Positions 29,659-38,999 of a DNA stretch of 64,000 nt are shown piece after piece. The notes under the pieces were generated by a model. It worked only from the letters and a program-made list of their open reading frames with translations. It had not been told where the DNA came from and searched no databases. Every line of letters starts with the position of its first letter. Positions within the stretch are counted from its first letter, which is position 1. The stretch lies in the IMG/VR virus record IMGVR_UViG_3300028048_001599. One strand, written 5' to 3'. A program made the position numbers and the translations under genes. This DNA is from a virus. Its lineage: Duplodnaviria; Heunggongvirae; Uroviricota; Caudoviricetes.

Positions 29659-30420
29659 ATGTATAAGAAAGCGGGTATAGTAATAGCGGTGATACTTGTA
29701 GCTGCAGGTATTCTTGCAATTAGTATATCAAGTTGTAGGGGTGATGACCTTGTAAAAGTCAATAATCTTAACAATACAAGTGCTGAAGTCACTGAACAAC
29801 AGAGTGTTAATCAAGACTCAGAAATAGACCAAAATATTGAAGAAGTAGAACAATCTTCAAAGGTTCCTGTAACGACTCAGTCAGAGTTGCCTGTAGATAC
29901 TACAAAGGAGTCATCAGTAGAAAGTACAGACAAATCAGGGGGTACTGATACCTCAATAGTTGAATCTAAGTCAGAAGAAAAACCGAAGGAACAGTCCAAA
30001 ATTGAATCTTCGACTGAATCTTCGACTTCATCTGAAGATCAGTCATTACTTGAAGAATTGAGTGAATATTCTAAGGAAAATTCAAACTCTGAATCAAAAG
30101 TTGAAGTTACTTCTGAGGTATCAAAGCAACAAGACGAGTTTACAAATGAGTTCATAGAGATTGAGAAAGACAGTCTGAAATATGAATCTACCGACAAAGA
30201 AATGTTAGGTGTTGTAAAAGGTACTAAAATGTTTTATTGCAATGATTGTTTATATACTTCGATTGTAATTCTAGGTGAAGATGGTACATCCTATACTTAT
30301 TTCGTACCTCTTGAAACTTATGAGGGACTAAAAACAGGTACTAAGTTAAAAATGAAAGTACGTATCTATTTCGATGAAGGGGTATCGATGAGTCAGATAT
30401 TATCGGTGGAGATAGCATAG
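29659..30420 (+). CDS. Membrane-anchored or lipoprotein with an S/E-rich linker and small beta C-terminal domain
   Basis: Hydrophobic N-terminus ending ISSC; long S/E/T linker. Confidence 0.75.
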   Translation: MYKKAGIVIAVILVAAGILAISISSCRGDDLVKVNNLNNTSAEVTEQQSVNQDSEIDQNIEEVEQSSKVPVTTQSELPVDTTKESSVESTDKSGGTDTSIVESKSEEKPKEQSKIESSTESSTSSEDQSLLEELSEYSKENSNSESKVEVTSEVSKQQDEFTNEFIEIEKDSLKYESTDKEMLGVVKGTKMFYCNDCLYTSIVILGEDGTSYTYFVPLETYEGLKTGTKLKMKVRIYFDEGVSMSQILSVEIA

Positions 30421-30439
30421 GACGATTTTGGACATTTCT

Positions 30440-30552
30440 GTTAAAAAGAAAATGTTTAAAATAGAAAAAATCGGAATATCAAAAAAATTTTTGAAAATTT
30501 TTAAAAAAAGTTTGAAAAAAGGGTTGACATTTCGGGTACGGCATGTTATTAT
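30440..30552 (+). promoter_or_regulatory. Strong sigma-A promoter with upstream A-tracts
   Basis: TTGACA (30524-30529), 17 bp, TG-n-TATTAT (30547-30552). Multiple A-tracts at 30440-30520. Confidence 0.8.
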
Positions 30553-30712
30553 AGTATTGTCAAAGGGAAAGAGAAAAAATCAGATGTCAAATCAATCTGA
30601 TAAAATCTATTCCAATTATCATAAAGTCGGGGGACTTAAAATCTGCTCAGTAAAGAGGTAAAAATCAAAGAATATAATAAATTTTTTAATTATGAAAGGA
30701 AAAGTGATTTTT

Positions 30713-31501
30713 ATGGCAATTAGTACTGGTTTTGATTTCGACACTGTTGATTCTGCTGATGTAACTCCTGCAGCTGTTGCAACTGAGAAGAAAGCAGCAA
30801 CAACTACAAACAAGAAGATGAACGAGTTCCAGAAGATGGGTATGGAGGCTCAGGCTTCTATGTCTGCTGACGAACAGGCAATTGTTAAGTCCAAGAAGGA
30901 TTCACTCGTATTCAAGGGCTTTGCTGTACTTCAGTCCAAGATGACAGAGTCTATCGCTCGTGGTAAGGACGCTGAAGGTAAGGTTATCAGAGTTAAAGCT
31001 CCTAAGACTGTTGGTCTTGTATTTAACAGCAAAGAGAGCATCGTTGTACCGCTCATCGATGTTAAGTACGGCTTTAAGGTAGCTGTTCCTCAGACAGAGA
31101 TTTCCGAGAGAACAATCCCTGCTGGTCAGGACTTTATCCTTACTAAGCTTGAGGCTATGTACCTGCTTGCAAGAGTTGAGTACTCTGGTTACTTCACAAC
31201 CGAAGGCAATGGTGACGGTTACATGAACGTTAATACTGCTAAGTATCAGACAGAGAACGCTCTTCCGACTCCTACATTCAACCTCATTCAGGGTGGTAGT
31301 CATGACATGACAATTCCGATTGACACAACTGATGCAAGTGGTAACGTTGTAATCAGTGGTGAGCCTGAAGCTCAGAGATTCGCTGCGTTCCTTGTTAAGA
31401 AGCCTGCACAGAGAGTTGGCGGTTCTGCAGCTGCTAAGCCGAAGGTTGACAAGCCTGTTGTTGTTACTGCAGCACTTCGTCAGATCCTCAACATTAAGTA
31501 A
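30713..31501 (+). CDS. Highly expressed hypothetical protein
   Basis: Strongest codon bias seen in the window (AAG, TTC, AAC, CAG, GCT). Own promoter and terminator. RBS GAAAGGA. Confidence 0.85.
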   Translation: MAISTGFDFDTVDSADVTPAAVATEKKAATTTNKKMNEFQKMGMEAQASMSADEQAIVKSKKDSLVFKGFAVLQSKMTESIARGKDAEGKVIRVKAPKTVGLVFNSKESIVVPLIDVKYGFKVAVPQTEISERTIPAGQDFILTKLEAMYLLARVEYSGYFTTEGNGDGYMNVNTAKYQTENALPTPTFNLIQGGSHDMTIPIDTTDASGNVVISGEPEAQRFAAFLVKKPAQRVGGSAAAKPKVDKPVVVTAALRQILNIK

Positions 31502-31530
31502 TCTAAGCTTAATAGGTATGCTTTCAATAC

Positions 31531-31566
31531 AAGACCCGGTGGGAAATATCCTATCGGGTCTTTTCC
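31531..31566 (+). terminator. Intrinsic terminator
   Basis: AAGACCCGGTGGGA/TCCTATCGGGTCTT plus T residues. Confidence 0.75.
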
Positions 31567-31643
31567 TGCACATTATTAGGTTAGGTAGTACTTAATTTAG
31601 TACTTTCATATTATCAAGTATAATATCGAAAGGTGGTAATAGC

Positions 31644-32933
31644 GTGGAATTAGGATTTCACCGTAAGTATAGACCTAATACATTGGCAGAGTATGTAGGT
31701 AACACTAAAAATGTAAAATCAATATTAAAAGTTCTCAGTGGGGGTAATAGACCGCAGGTATACTTGCTTGATGGTCATGCAGGTTGTGGTAAGACTACAT
31801 TTGCACGTCTTATAGCAAAGGAGTACGTATGTGAAGAACGTAGTGACGAGCATGGTGCTTGTTGTAACTGTTTCACTTGTCGTGCTATGGATGAATTTAT
31901 ACTGACTGGTAATTCTGAGGATTTGATGAATGTCCGGGAAATAGATAATTCAGTGTCAGGTAATAAGTCAGACATTGATGAAATACTTAATGATGCAGAA
32001 ATACCCTCATTTGACGGCGGTTGGAAAGTGTTCATCTTTGATGAATGTCACCTCATATCAAAGGCTGCTCAGGGACGTATGCTTAAGCTCCTTGAAGAAC
32101 CTCCAGAAAATGTATTACTTATTCTATGTACAACTGACCCAGATATGTTGCTTGATACAATTCGTTCTCGTTGTCAGCATCATTATACAGTAGTAAAACC
32201 TAAATTACAAGAATTAGCTGTATTATTGAAGCGTGTGTGTCAGAAAGAAAACGTGGTTGTAGAAGATAAAGCACTAGGGGTAATTGCAACATCAGCAGAT
32301 TTTGTTCCTCGACAGGCTTTAATTCAGCTCGAAACTGTAATAAATGAAAAACACGATGTAACTTATAATAATACAATAGAGGTTCTTAACGTAATTGCAG
32401 ATTCATATTATTTTGATTTTTATAAGTATCTCACACAACCTCAGATAGACACATTTTCGTATATTAACTTCTTATCGGAGTTAAAGGAGAAGCTTGATTT
32501 AAAGCAGTTTATATCAGGTCTTATAACATTCACTAATAGGGGTATCTACGTATATAACGGTGTCAATCAGCAAGGTTTAGATACATCAGAAATAAAACGA
32601 TATCGACAAATATTCTCAAAATTTAAAACAGGTGATATAATTCACATATTAAAGTTATTAAAAACAATTCAAAAAGGTGATATTGAAACAGAGTTATTAC
32701 TACTTGGGTATGAAGGTATATTTAGTAGCAATATTGAAACAATAGAAGCGAATAGGGGTACTTTATCAGATAATGGAAATTCTGATTTAAAGAGTGAACA
32801 AAACGCCGCGGTCGAACATTATGTAGAATCTATAACTTTAACTGAAGAAGAAAAAGAACAAAAGCTTTCTGATGATGACGACATGTCTATTGATGACTTG
32901 GCTACTATGTTTAGTGGTGAAATTGTAATATAA
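31644..32933 (+). CDS. dnaX: DNA polymerase III gamma/tau-like clamp-loader AAA+ ATPase
   Basis: HRKYRP, Walker A GHAGCGKTT, Zn module C...CCNCFTC, Walker B IFDECH, LKLLEEPP, and the TIRSRC (SRC) motif. Confidence 0.9.
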   Translation: MELGFHRKYRPNTLAEYVGNTKNVKSILKVLSGGNRPQVYLLDGHAGCGKTTFARLIAKEYVCEERSDEHGACCNCFTCRAMDEFILTGNSEDLMNVREIDNSVSGNKSDIDEILNDAEIPSFDGGWKVFIFDECHLISKAAQGRMLKLLEEPPENVLLILCTTDPDMLLDTIRSRCQHHYTVVKPKLQELAVLLKRVCQKENVVVEDKALGVIATSADFVPRQALIQLETVINEKHDVTYNNTIEVLNVIADSYYFDFYKYLTQPQIDTFSYINFLSELKEKLDLKQFISGLITFTNRGIYVYNGVNQQGLDTSEIKRYRQIFSKFKTGDIIHILKLLKTIQKGDIETELLLLGYEGIFSSNIETIEANRGTLSDNGNSDLKSEQNAAVEHYVESITLTEEEKEQKLSDDDDMSIDDLATMFSGEIVI

Positions 32934-32948
32934 CAAGGTCAAAAATGA

Positions 32949-32984
32949 GTGGGTTATATCAATTTGGGTATAACCCATTTTATA
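32949..32984 (+). terminator. Intrinsic terminator
   Basis: GTGGGTTATATC/GGTATAACCCAT plus T tract. Confidence 0.7.
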
Positions 32985-33148
32985 TTATATACTTATATCA
33001 CTATTTGTTAAAAATTCGTTCAAAAAATAGTACCAATATCTATAATTATATGTAAGGTTAGAATAGATTAAGTGGTTAGATGTAAACTATTCTAATCTTT
33101 TGCTCGAATTGTATAGTTCGGGACTACGGCGAGAAAGGAGGACATACT

Positions 33149-33961
33149 ATGACGAGAATATCAAAGCAAACGTTGATTAAACAGGCATATTTTGTGTTGA
33201 TTATGACCGCTATACTATCAATATTCTGTGTATTTACAGGTACAGATGTGTATGCAGCAAAGGATATCAATAGTATAAATGGGGGTAATAGTACATCACA
33301 GTCCTCTCAGTCAACTAATAAGAATGAAACAAAATCTGCAGCAGAAGGTATAGCTGATGCATGGAAAAATGCATCACCTGATAATCAAGACATGGCAGAA
33401 GCTGCGAAGTTCGCGTCACCTTTTGTTAAGGGTGTAAACTTCTGTATCTGTTGTGTTCTTGCAGTTTTCAGTGTATTACTTGCTGCCGTTACTACACTTG
33501 ATTTATTGTATCTTGCTGTTCCACCAGTCCGAAAATTCTTGTGTGCTGAACAACCTGCTGCCACTGGTGGCATGGGCATGGGAATGGGCGGAATGGGCAT
33601 GCGTGGTGGCATGGGTATGGGTGGTGGTGCTCAACCTTCGCAATCAGGTATAGGACGTTTCGTATCAGATGAAGCTGTTGCTGCACTCTCAGAAGCTACT
33701 GCAAACGCCGGAGGCGGCGGTGGCATGGGTATGGGTGGCATGGGTATGGGTATGGGTATGGGTGGCATGGGAATGGGTGGTGCTGCACAGGCACAACCTA
33801 AAACCAAATCCGTAATATTCACATACCTTAAAAAGAGAGCCTTTGCTTTAATCATGTTCGCACTTTGTGTAGTACTTCTCACCTCGACATTATTTACAGA
33901 TATTGGTTTGTATATTGGTCAGTGGGTTATAGATACCGTTGGTGGTTTCTTCTCATTTTAA
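33149..33961 (+). CDS. Signal peptide + two-TM pilin-like protein 1 (GM-rich loop)
   Basis: Signal ...DVYA. TM1 ending DLLYLAVPPVR, VSDEA, then YLKKRA-TM2. GGMGMG repeats in the loop. Confidence 0.7.
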   Translation: MTRISKQTLIKQAYFVLIMTAILSIFCVFTGTDVYAAKDINSINGGNSTSQSSQSTNKNETKSAAEGIADAWKNASPDNQDMAEAAKFASPFVKGVNFCICCVLAVFSVLLAAVTTLDLLYLAVPPVRKFLCAEQPAATGGMGMGMGGMGMRGGMGMGGGAQPSQSGIGRFVSDEAVAALSEATANAGGGGGMGMGGMGMGMGMGGMGMGGAAQAQPKTKSVIFTYLKKRAFALIMFALCVVLLTSTLFTDIGLYIGQWVIDTVGGFFSF

Positions 33962-33976
33962 GTGAGGTGAGTAGTA

Positions 33977-34249
33977 GTGAGGTTTACAGAAATATTAAAA
34001 GGACGTAACATTGCAAAGAAGGGTGTCGTATCTATGAAAGACATGAAAATGTCTAACAAGATAAAGGCAGAGACTTTAACGCAATTAAACGCCATTTTAG
34101 GTGATAATGATAAGGTAATGTTGGAAATAAGTGAAGACGCTGTGCCATTTTTCTTGGACATCCTTGATGACCCTGCATTTGATATTTATATATTTCAACA
34201 GGTGGATGAGTATCATTACATATTCCAAAACAAAACCTTAATCATATAA
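33977..34249 (+). CDS. Hypothetical protein
   Basis: Small ORF coupled to the HU-like gene. Confidence 0.65.
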   Translation: MRFTEILKGRNIAKKGVVSMKDMKMSNKIKAETLTQLNAILGDNDKVMLEISEDAVPFFLDILDDPAFDIYIFQQVDEYHYIFQNKTLII

Positions 34250-34515
34250 TGAAGGAAGTGGTAATAATGGTTGTAAAAAAGACACAATCAGCAAGAATTA
34301 AGGAAATAGCAAAAGTTTTAGATTTACCTGAGGTTACGGTTAAACGTGTAATAGATGAGTACATTGCAAGTTTGCAGTATTCTATAATTCAAGGCGAGGA
34401 CATAGAAGTCCGAGGGGTATTTCAAGTAAGTGCAGAAGAAATTGGTGGTAGAATAGTACCACGGGGCACTGTTTCTCCTGCACTGAAAGAACGGGCAAAA
34501 AGGGGTTACATCTAA
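34249..34515 (+). CDS. HU/IHF-like DNA-binding protein (divergent)
   Basis: IKEIAKVLDL...VKRVIDEYIASLQYSIIQGEDIEVRGVFQV...SPALKE follows the HU fold pattern. Confidence 0.65.
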   Translation: MKEVVIMVVKKTQSARIKEIAKVLDLPEVTVKRVIDEYIASLQYSIIQGEDIEVRGVFQVSAEEIGGRIVPRGTVSPALKERAKRGYI

Positions 34516-35132
34516 TGTTGTACAAGACCCATAAAGCTGCAGGTCTACTCGGTTGTTTAATTGCATTTGATGTAATGAAAAATAACGGGCAGTTAGCACC
34601 TAATATTAACGAATTTGTACAGTTAGCTATCATTTACCCTGCTTGTTCTTGGGCTTCTACTGCTCCAGACCTTGACCATGCTATATGCAATGTAAAGGAA
34701 CAAACTCCTATTAATATAGCAATAAATAAATTATTACATATAGGTAAATGTACCCACAGGTCGGTACAAACTCATAGTGTTTTATTCACTGGTGGTTTTT
34801 GTTTATTACTGTTTGGTTTACTTCAATTATTAGGGTCACCAAATGTAGGGGTAGACGAAAACAGCATTGGTATAATAAGACTTATGCTGTTAGGTATAAC
34901 TTTCGGTATAGCAAGTCATCTGATAATGGATAGTTTATCTACAGCTGGTATTTGGTTAGTACCTAAATTGAAGTTTCGGTTAGTTCCGAACAGAAAAACT
35001 TTTGCAACGGGTGGTAAATGGGAGGACATTGTTAGATTTTTAGTATGTATTGCTATAGTCTATATGTGTATTCACTTGGTTGTTCGATGGTGTGGTTTTT
35101 CATTAACAATCGGGGGTATCCCAATACTTTAG
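34515..35132 (+). CDS. YdjM/DUF457-like membrane metal-dependent hydrolase
   Basis: MLYKTH, PDLDH, HRSVQTHS and SHLIMD...TAGI motifs. Confidence 0.8.
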   Translation: MLYKTHKAAGLLGCLIAFDVMKNNGQLAPNINEFVQLAIIYPACSWASTAPDLDHAICNVKEQTPINIAINKLLHIGKCTHRSVQTHSVLFTGGFCLLLFGLLQLLGSPNVGVDENSIGIIRLMLLGITFGIASHLIMDSLSTAGIWLVPKLKFRLVPNRKTFATGGKWEDIVRFLVCIAIVYMCIHLVVRWCGFSLTIGGIPIL

Positions 35133-35161
35133 TTAAATAATTATGAAAGGTGGTAAAACTT

Positions 35162-36088
35162 ATGACAGGTTCTATTAAGTCTGATAGACTTGTAACACGT
35201 GTTGTTGCTGTAATTTTATCTGCACTTGTAGCGTTGTCGATGATGTTTGCTTTTGGTGGTACTTCAGCTAATGCTGTTACGGTACTTACAACAAATGGGG
35301 GTAAGAGCCTTAATTCCTTACTAACTGCGGATATCAGCGGTTATAGTTCGCATTTCTCGGAATATAACATAAAAAAATTAGCACAGAAATTTGACTTTAA
35401 GTCAAAGGGTAAGGGTGGTGAGCTTCGTAATGACCAGGTTTTTATAATCCAAAACAATAAGAAGTTCACATTTAAAGGTGAGGTTTTTGAGGACATTGAC
35501 GATAGTTCATTACAGCAAGACTTGATTCGTTGTTTTGCAAAAGAGATGACAAAGAAGTCAGTTTACTCATTTTCTGATTCGGACCGTCAGGCAATTTATA
35601 ATGAAATAAAAGATGGTTGCGGACCTGCTAATGCTGCTATGGTTGCTGCATTATTCAGTGATACTAAGGCTGACATGTTCTCAGCACTTAATATCTTTGC
35701 TCCGTTTAATGGTATCGTAGGTACACTTCTTGGTATTGCTGTACTTGTTATCATTGTTCTTCTTATTGCATCTACTGCTATGGATATTGCTTACATCAAC
35801 TTCCCTGTTGCACGTAACTTTATGTATGGTAAAGATGATAAAGGTGGCGGAGGCGGAGATAGTAAGTCCTCAAAACCTTGGGGTGTTACTTCGGACGCAT
35901 GGTCTGTCGTTAATGAATGTGAGGCAGGCGGAGATAAGGGGTATAAAAATGCAAACATTGCTTACTTCAAGAGAAGGGCACTTACTTACATTGTTGTATC
36001 TATCCTCATTCTCTATCTCCTGAGTGGTCAGATTGCAGGACTTATTGCATGGCTCATGCAGTTGGTTAGTGGCTTTAAGATTAACTAA
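35162..36088 (+). CDS. Signal peptide + two-TM pilin-like protein 2
   Basis: Signal ...TSANA. TM1 ending DIAYINFPVAR, PWGVTSDA, then YFKRRA-TM2. High-expression codon bias in the conserved part. Confidence 0.7.
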   Translation: MTGSIKSDRLVTRVVAVILSALVALSMMFAFGGTSANAVTVLTTNGGKSLNSLLTADISGYSSHFSEYNIKKLAQKFDFKSKGKGGELRNDQVFIIQNNKKFTFKGEVFEDIDDSSLQQDLIRCFAKEMTKKSVYSFSDSDRQAIYNEIKDGCGPANAAMVAALFSDTKADMFSALNIFAPFNGIVGTLLGIAVLVIIVLLIASTAMDIAYINFPVARNFMYGKDDKGGGGGDSKSSKPWGVTSDAWSVVNECEAGGDKGYKNANIAYFKRRALTYIVVSILILYLLSGQIAGLIAWLMQLVSGFKIN

Positions 36089-36103
36089 TGCTGATTTGGC
36101 ACA

Positions 36104-36238
36104 CAGGATGCGAGGAAAACATAAGGTTTTCGTAACCTGTTGAACTTATTGACCTCGTATAACAAAAAGTTGTACGAGGTCTCTTTATTTTATTACTAAT
36201 TAATCTATTTCGATAAATTAATTAGTAATGAAATAAAG
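36104..36238 (+). terminator. Three consecutive stem-loops (terminator / RNA stabiliser)
   Basis: ACAGG..GAAAAC/GTTTTC..CCTGT (36104-36140); GACCTCGTATAAC/GTTGTACGAGGTC (36151-36181); ATTACTAATTAAT/ATTAATTAGTAAT (within 36183-36238). Confidence 0.7.
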
Positions 36239-36267
36239 TTTGTAATTAAATTGAAAAGGGTGGTTTT

Positions 36268-37149
36268 ATGTGTAAACATTTAAAATATTTAGTTTGCATC
36301 GTGGTGATAATGTGTATAACAATGTCGATATCAATGGGGGTATCTGCGACTGAGACAATTTCTGACAGTGATTATACTAAGTTTGTTGAGATGTTGAAGA
36401 AGACTGAATCTGGTTCAGGCGAGGATGATAACTGTAATGCTATTAAACTTCCTGATGGGTCTACATTTGCACTATTCAAGTTTGAAAAATCATCAGGTAA
36501 TTTTCATGACATAACATTTAATGCACAGGAGTTTGAGCTTTTAGGTGATTATGAACAAAAGATTACATTGAAAAACTTTGAGGAGGCTTTAAATGCTTCA
36601 AGTATATCAGACCAAGGCAAACAGTATATCTACAATGAGGTTAGATATAGTTACGATTACGATATAAGATTAATACAAGAAAAGGTAATTGATGACGTTC
36701 AGCCAAATATGTTCTTAAGTTATGAATTGTTTCACCCATTCAGTGGGGTAATAAGTACTATTGTTGGCTGTGTTTGTGTTGTTACATTGATGTCTTTGGT
36801 TGTTACTGTAGTTCTTGATGTAATGTACATGCAATTTCCAGTTTTTCGTGAGAAAACTTTCCAGGCTACACAGCGTGGTGGTGGCGGACGTTTTAGCTTT
36901 ATTAAGAATCGTACTCAGATAGAAAGACCATGGTTTATATCATATGAAGCTGCATATGCAAATAAGGTTAATGTTGAAAGTAACGGTACTAGAAATGCTT
37001 TATTAATTTACCTTAGATATAGAGCATTAACATTTATAGTTGTTGCTTTTTGTGTGGTATATCTTATGAATGGTATGTTTGTTGGTATTGTAAGTAAAAT
37101 ATGGGATTTGTTCTCACCCATGTTTGCGCCGGAAATATGGGGAGCATAA
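36268..37149 (+). CDS. Signal peptide + two-TM pilin-like protein 3
   Basis: Signal ...GVSA. DVMYMQFPVFR, PWFISYEA, then YLRYRA-TM2. Confidence 0.7.
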   Translation: MCKHLKYLVCIVVIMCITMSISMGVSATETISDSDYTKFVEMLKKTESGSGEDDNCNAIKLPDGSTFALFKFEKSSGNFHDITFNAQEFELLGDYEQKITLKNFEEALNASSISDQGKQYIYNEVRYSYDYDIRLIQEKVIDDVQPNMFLSYELFHPFSGVISTIVGCVCVVTLMSLVVTVVLDVMYMQFPVFREKTFQATQRGGGGRFSFIKNRTQIERPWFISYEAAYANKVNVESNGTRNALLIYLRYRALTFIVVAFCVVYLMNGMFVGIVSKIWDLFSPMFAPEIWGA

Positions 37150-37161
37150 GGGGGTACTTGA

Positions 37162-38979
37162 ATGACGAAAAAAATATTATGTTTAAGTACTGTTTTATTA
37201 TTGTTATTTACATACATTACGAGCTTCTCAGTGCTTGGAACGTCAGACCCAGGTTCAATGGCGGACATGAATAATAGAACAGGTGTTTTGAAGTGGACTT
37301 TGTCAATTCAGGAGAGTAATGGTACATATAGAAATTTAGATTCTAATACTTACTATATAGCTTCACCTATAACTCCTACTGGTGATAAGTCTTTCGCAAC
37401 AGGTAGTAATGTTCAGTTAAGCATTAAAAATATAGTTACAAATAACAATAATATAATGGTTAGTGCTACTGTTTTAAAATCCAAAAAATCGAATGATTAC
37501 GTTAGATATGCTGACGGTACAATAGTTAAAATAAAGGAGACTAAGAAAGACAAGCACTACAACTATAGTGGCGAGGATATCAACAAATATAGCCTAATGT
37601 TAGATGGTTCTTCTATTGACGTATATAAAGCTAAGGATAAATATACCAAAACTACAATGACTATTCCGGCAGATGGTTTTCCTGAACGATATACTGTATA
37701 TGTAAATAAGCGGACAGCACAGAATAAGTATAAAAATACGGAAATAAATAGTAGTACAGGTATAAGATATGACTTGGATGCGAAAGTGTTTGACTATTAT
37801 GTAAGTCTACCTAACATGACAAACTCGGCAAGACGTAATATTGGAACTAATGACCCATTTTCTCAGTATGCAAATGCGTTTAAGTTATCTACTGTTGTAT
37901 CTCAATCAAATACAATGATGTATAATTACTTAGCAAGTAGGGCTTGTTTCGATTTAGGAACATGTTTTACACGAGGTCAAGGATTTTATGATATAGGTGT
38001 TAATTATCAGTTTAACTCTTCTTTTTCGACTTATTTAGAAGATTTTTCTTCTTATAAACGTTGTTGGTCAGTTGGGGTACAATCATCGCACTTATCTTCT
38101 TCTGTTTCGGTTAAGTTAAATAATACAAGTTCAGTCGGTGGTACAACAACTGCTAAGAATGTAGAATTACCCTATATTATCAGTGGCACAGGGGTAGCAC
38201 CTTTTGAATATAAGGTTACTTATGTTAAAGAAGCTGATGTAACTGAAAAAGATGGTAAATATACAGTTAAGGAAGACGCTACTATAATTGATGTAGCTCA
38301 TGAATCGAATGTTCCACTCAAAACAGAAGCAGGTCTAATAAAAGACGGGGTATCGATGGAGTTTACTGAAAATGGAACATATTATGTCATAATAGCACTT
38401 AAAGACTCAAAATCAGCTTTTATTAGTAAGTACTTCAAGGTCGATGTTGTAGACGCAAATGATTTATTAAACAATGGAGGTTCTGAAGCATCTGGTGCAA
38501 ATAATGGTACTGAGGAAGAAAGTGTAATACCTGATAGAACTCAAATTGAGGCTAATAGAGAGCTTACTTTTGATGAACAGAAAAGGGTAGACGAAATAAA
38601 TAAAAATAGGCAAAATGCCACGGAAATGGGTTTGTGGTCGTGGGTATACACATTCTCGTTTTTGTGTGGTATTTGTTTATTGATTTATAGTTTATTGTTG
38701 CTTGTATCATTTTATATAGACGTATTCAATTCGTTTACTGACTTTAGTTTAACCAAAACTCTCACATTCGGTAGAATGTACCCTGTGGGTTCTAGGAAAA
38801 ACATGGAAAGTTTGAATTTATCACGTGATAAAGATAGTAAAACATACTATACCACAAATGTTACAATATGGGTTTCGTTCTGTATAGGGGTATTAGCGTC
38901 GGCACTTTTAATGAACGCTCAGACTATAATTATAGCATTTTTAGACTTGGCTAATTGGTTTAATAACATTTTATCATAG
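37162..38979 (+). CDS. Exported beta-rich protein with a C-terminal two-TM anchor (paralog of the 39000 C-terminus)
   Basis: Signal peptide, about 430-aa extracellular region, then RELTFDEQ...EMGLWS...FYIDVFNSFT...LTFGRMY...TIWVSFCIGV. Confidence 0.75.
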   Translation: MTKKILCLSTVLLLLFTYITSFSVLGTSDPGSMADMNNRTGVLKWTLSIQESNGTYRNLDSNTYYIASPITPTGDKSFATGSNVQLSIKNIVTNNNNIMVSATVLKSKKSNDYVRYADGTIVKIKETKKDKHYNYSGEDINKYSLMLDGSSIDVYKAKDKYTKTTMTIPADGFPERYTVYVNKRTAQNKYKNTEINSSTGIRYDLDAKVFDYYVSLPNMTNSARRNIGTNDPFSQYANAFKLSTVVSQSNTMMYNYLASRACFDLGTCFTRGQGFYDIGVNYQFNSSFSTYLEDFSSYKRCWSVGVQSSHLSSSVSVKLNNTSSVGGTTTAKNVELPYIISGTGVAPFEYKVTYVKEADVTEKDGKYTVKEDATIIDVAHESNVPLKTEAGLIKDGVSMEFTENGTYYVIIALKDSKSAFISKYFKVDVVDANDLLNNGGSEASGANNGTEEESVIPDRTQIEANRELTFDEQKRVDEINKNRQNATEMGLWSWVYTFSFLCGICLLIYSLLLLVSFYIDVFNSFTDFSLTKTLTFGRMYPVGSRKNMESLNLSRDKDSKTYYTTNVTIWVSFCIGVLASALLMNAQTIIIAFLDLANWFNNILS

Positions 38980-38999
38980 TTAATAAGAAGGTTGATACA

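Noticed and set aside
30428-30661. 77-aa ORF over the A-tract region
   Set aside because: It coincides with the promoter and leader of 30713, and its K/F-rich translation simply reflects A/T tracts.
21555-37164. GGGGTA explained as a Shine-Dalgarno variant or Gly-Val codon-pair bias
   Set aside because: A few copies double as RBS (e.g. GGGGGTACTTGAATG before 21570 and 37162), but most are deep inside genes and occur in all three frames.
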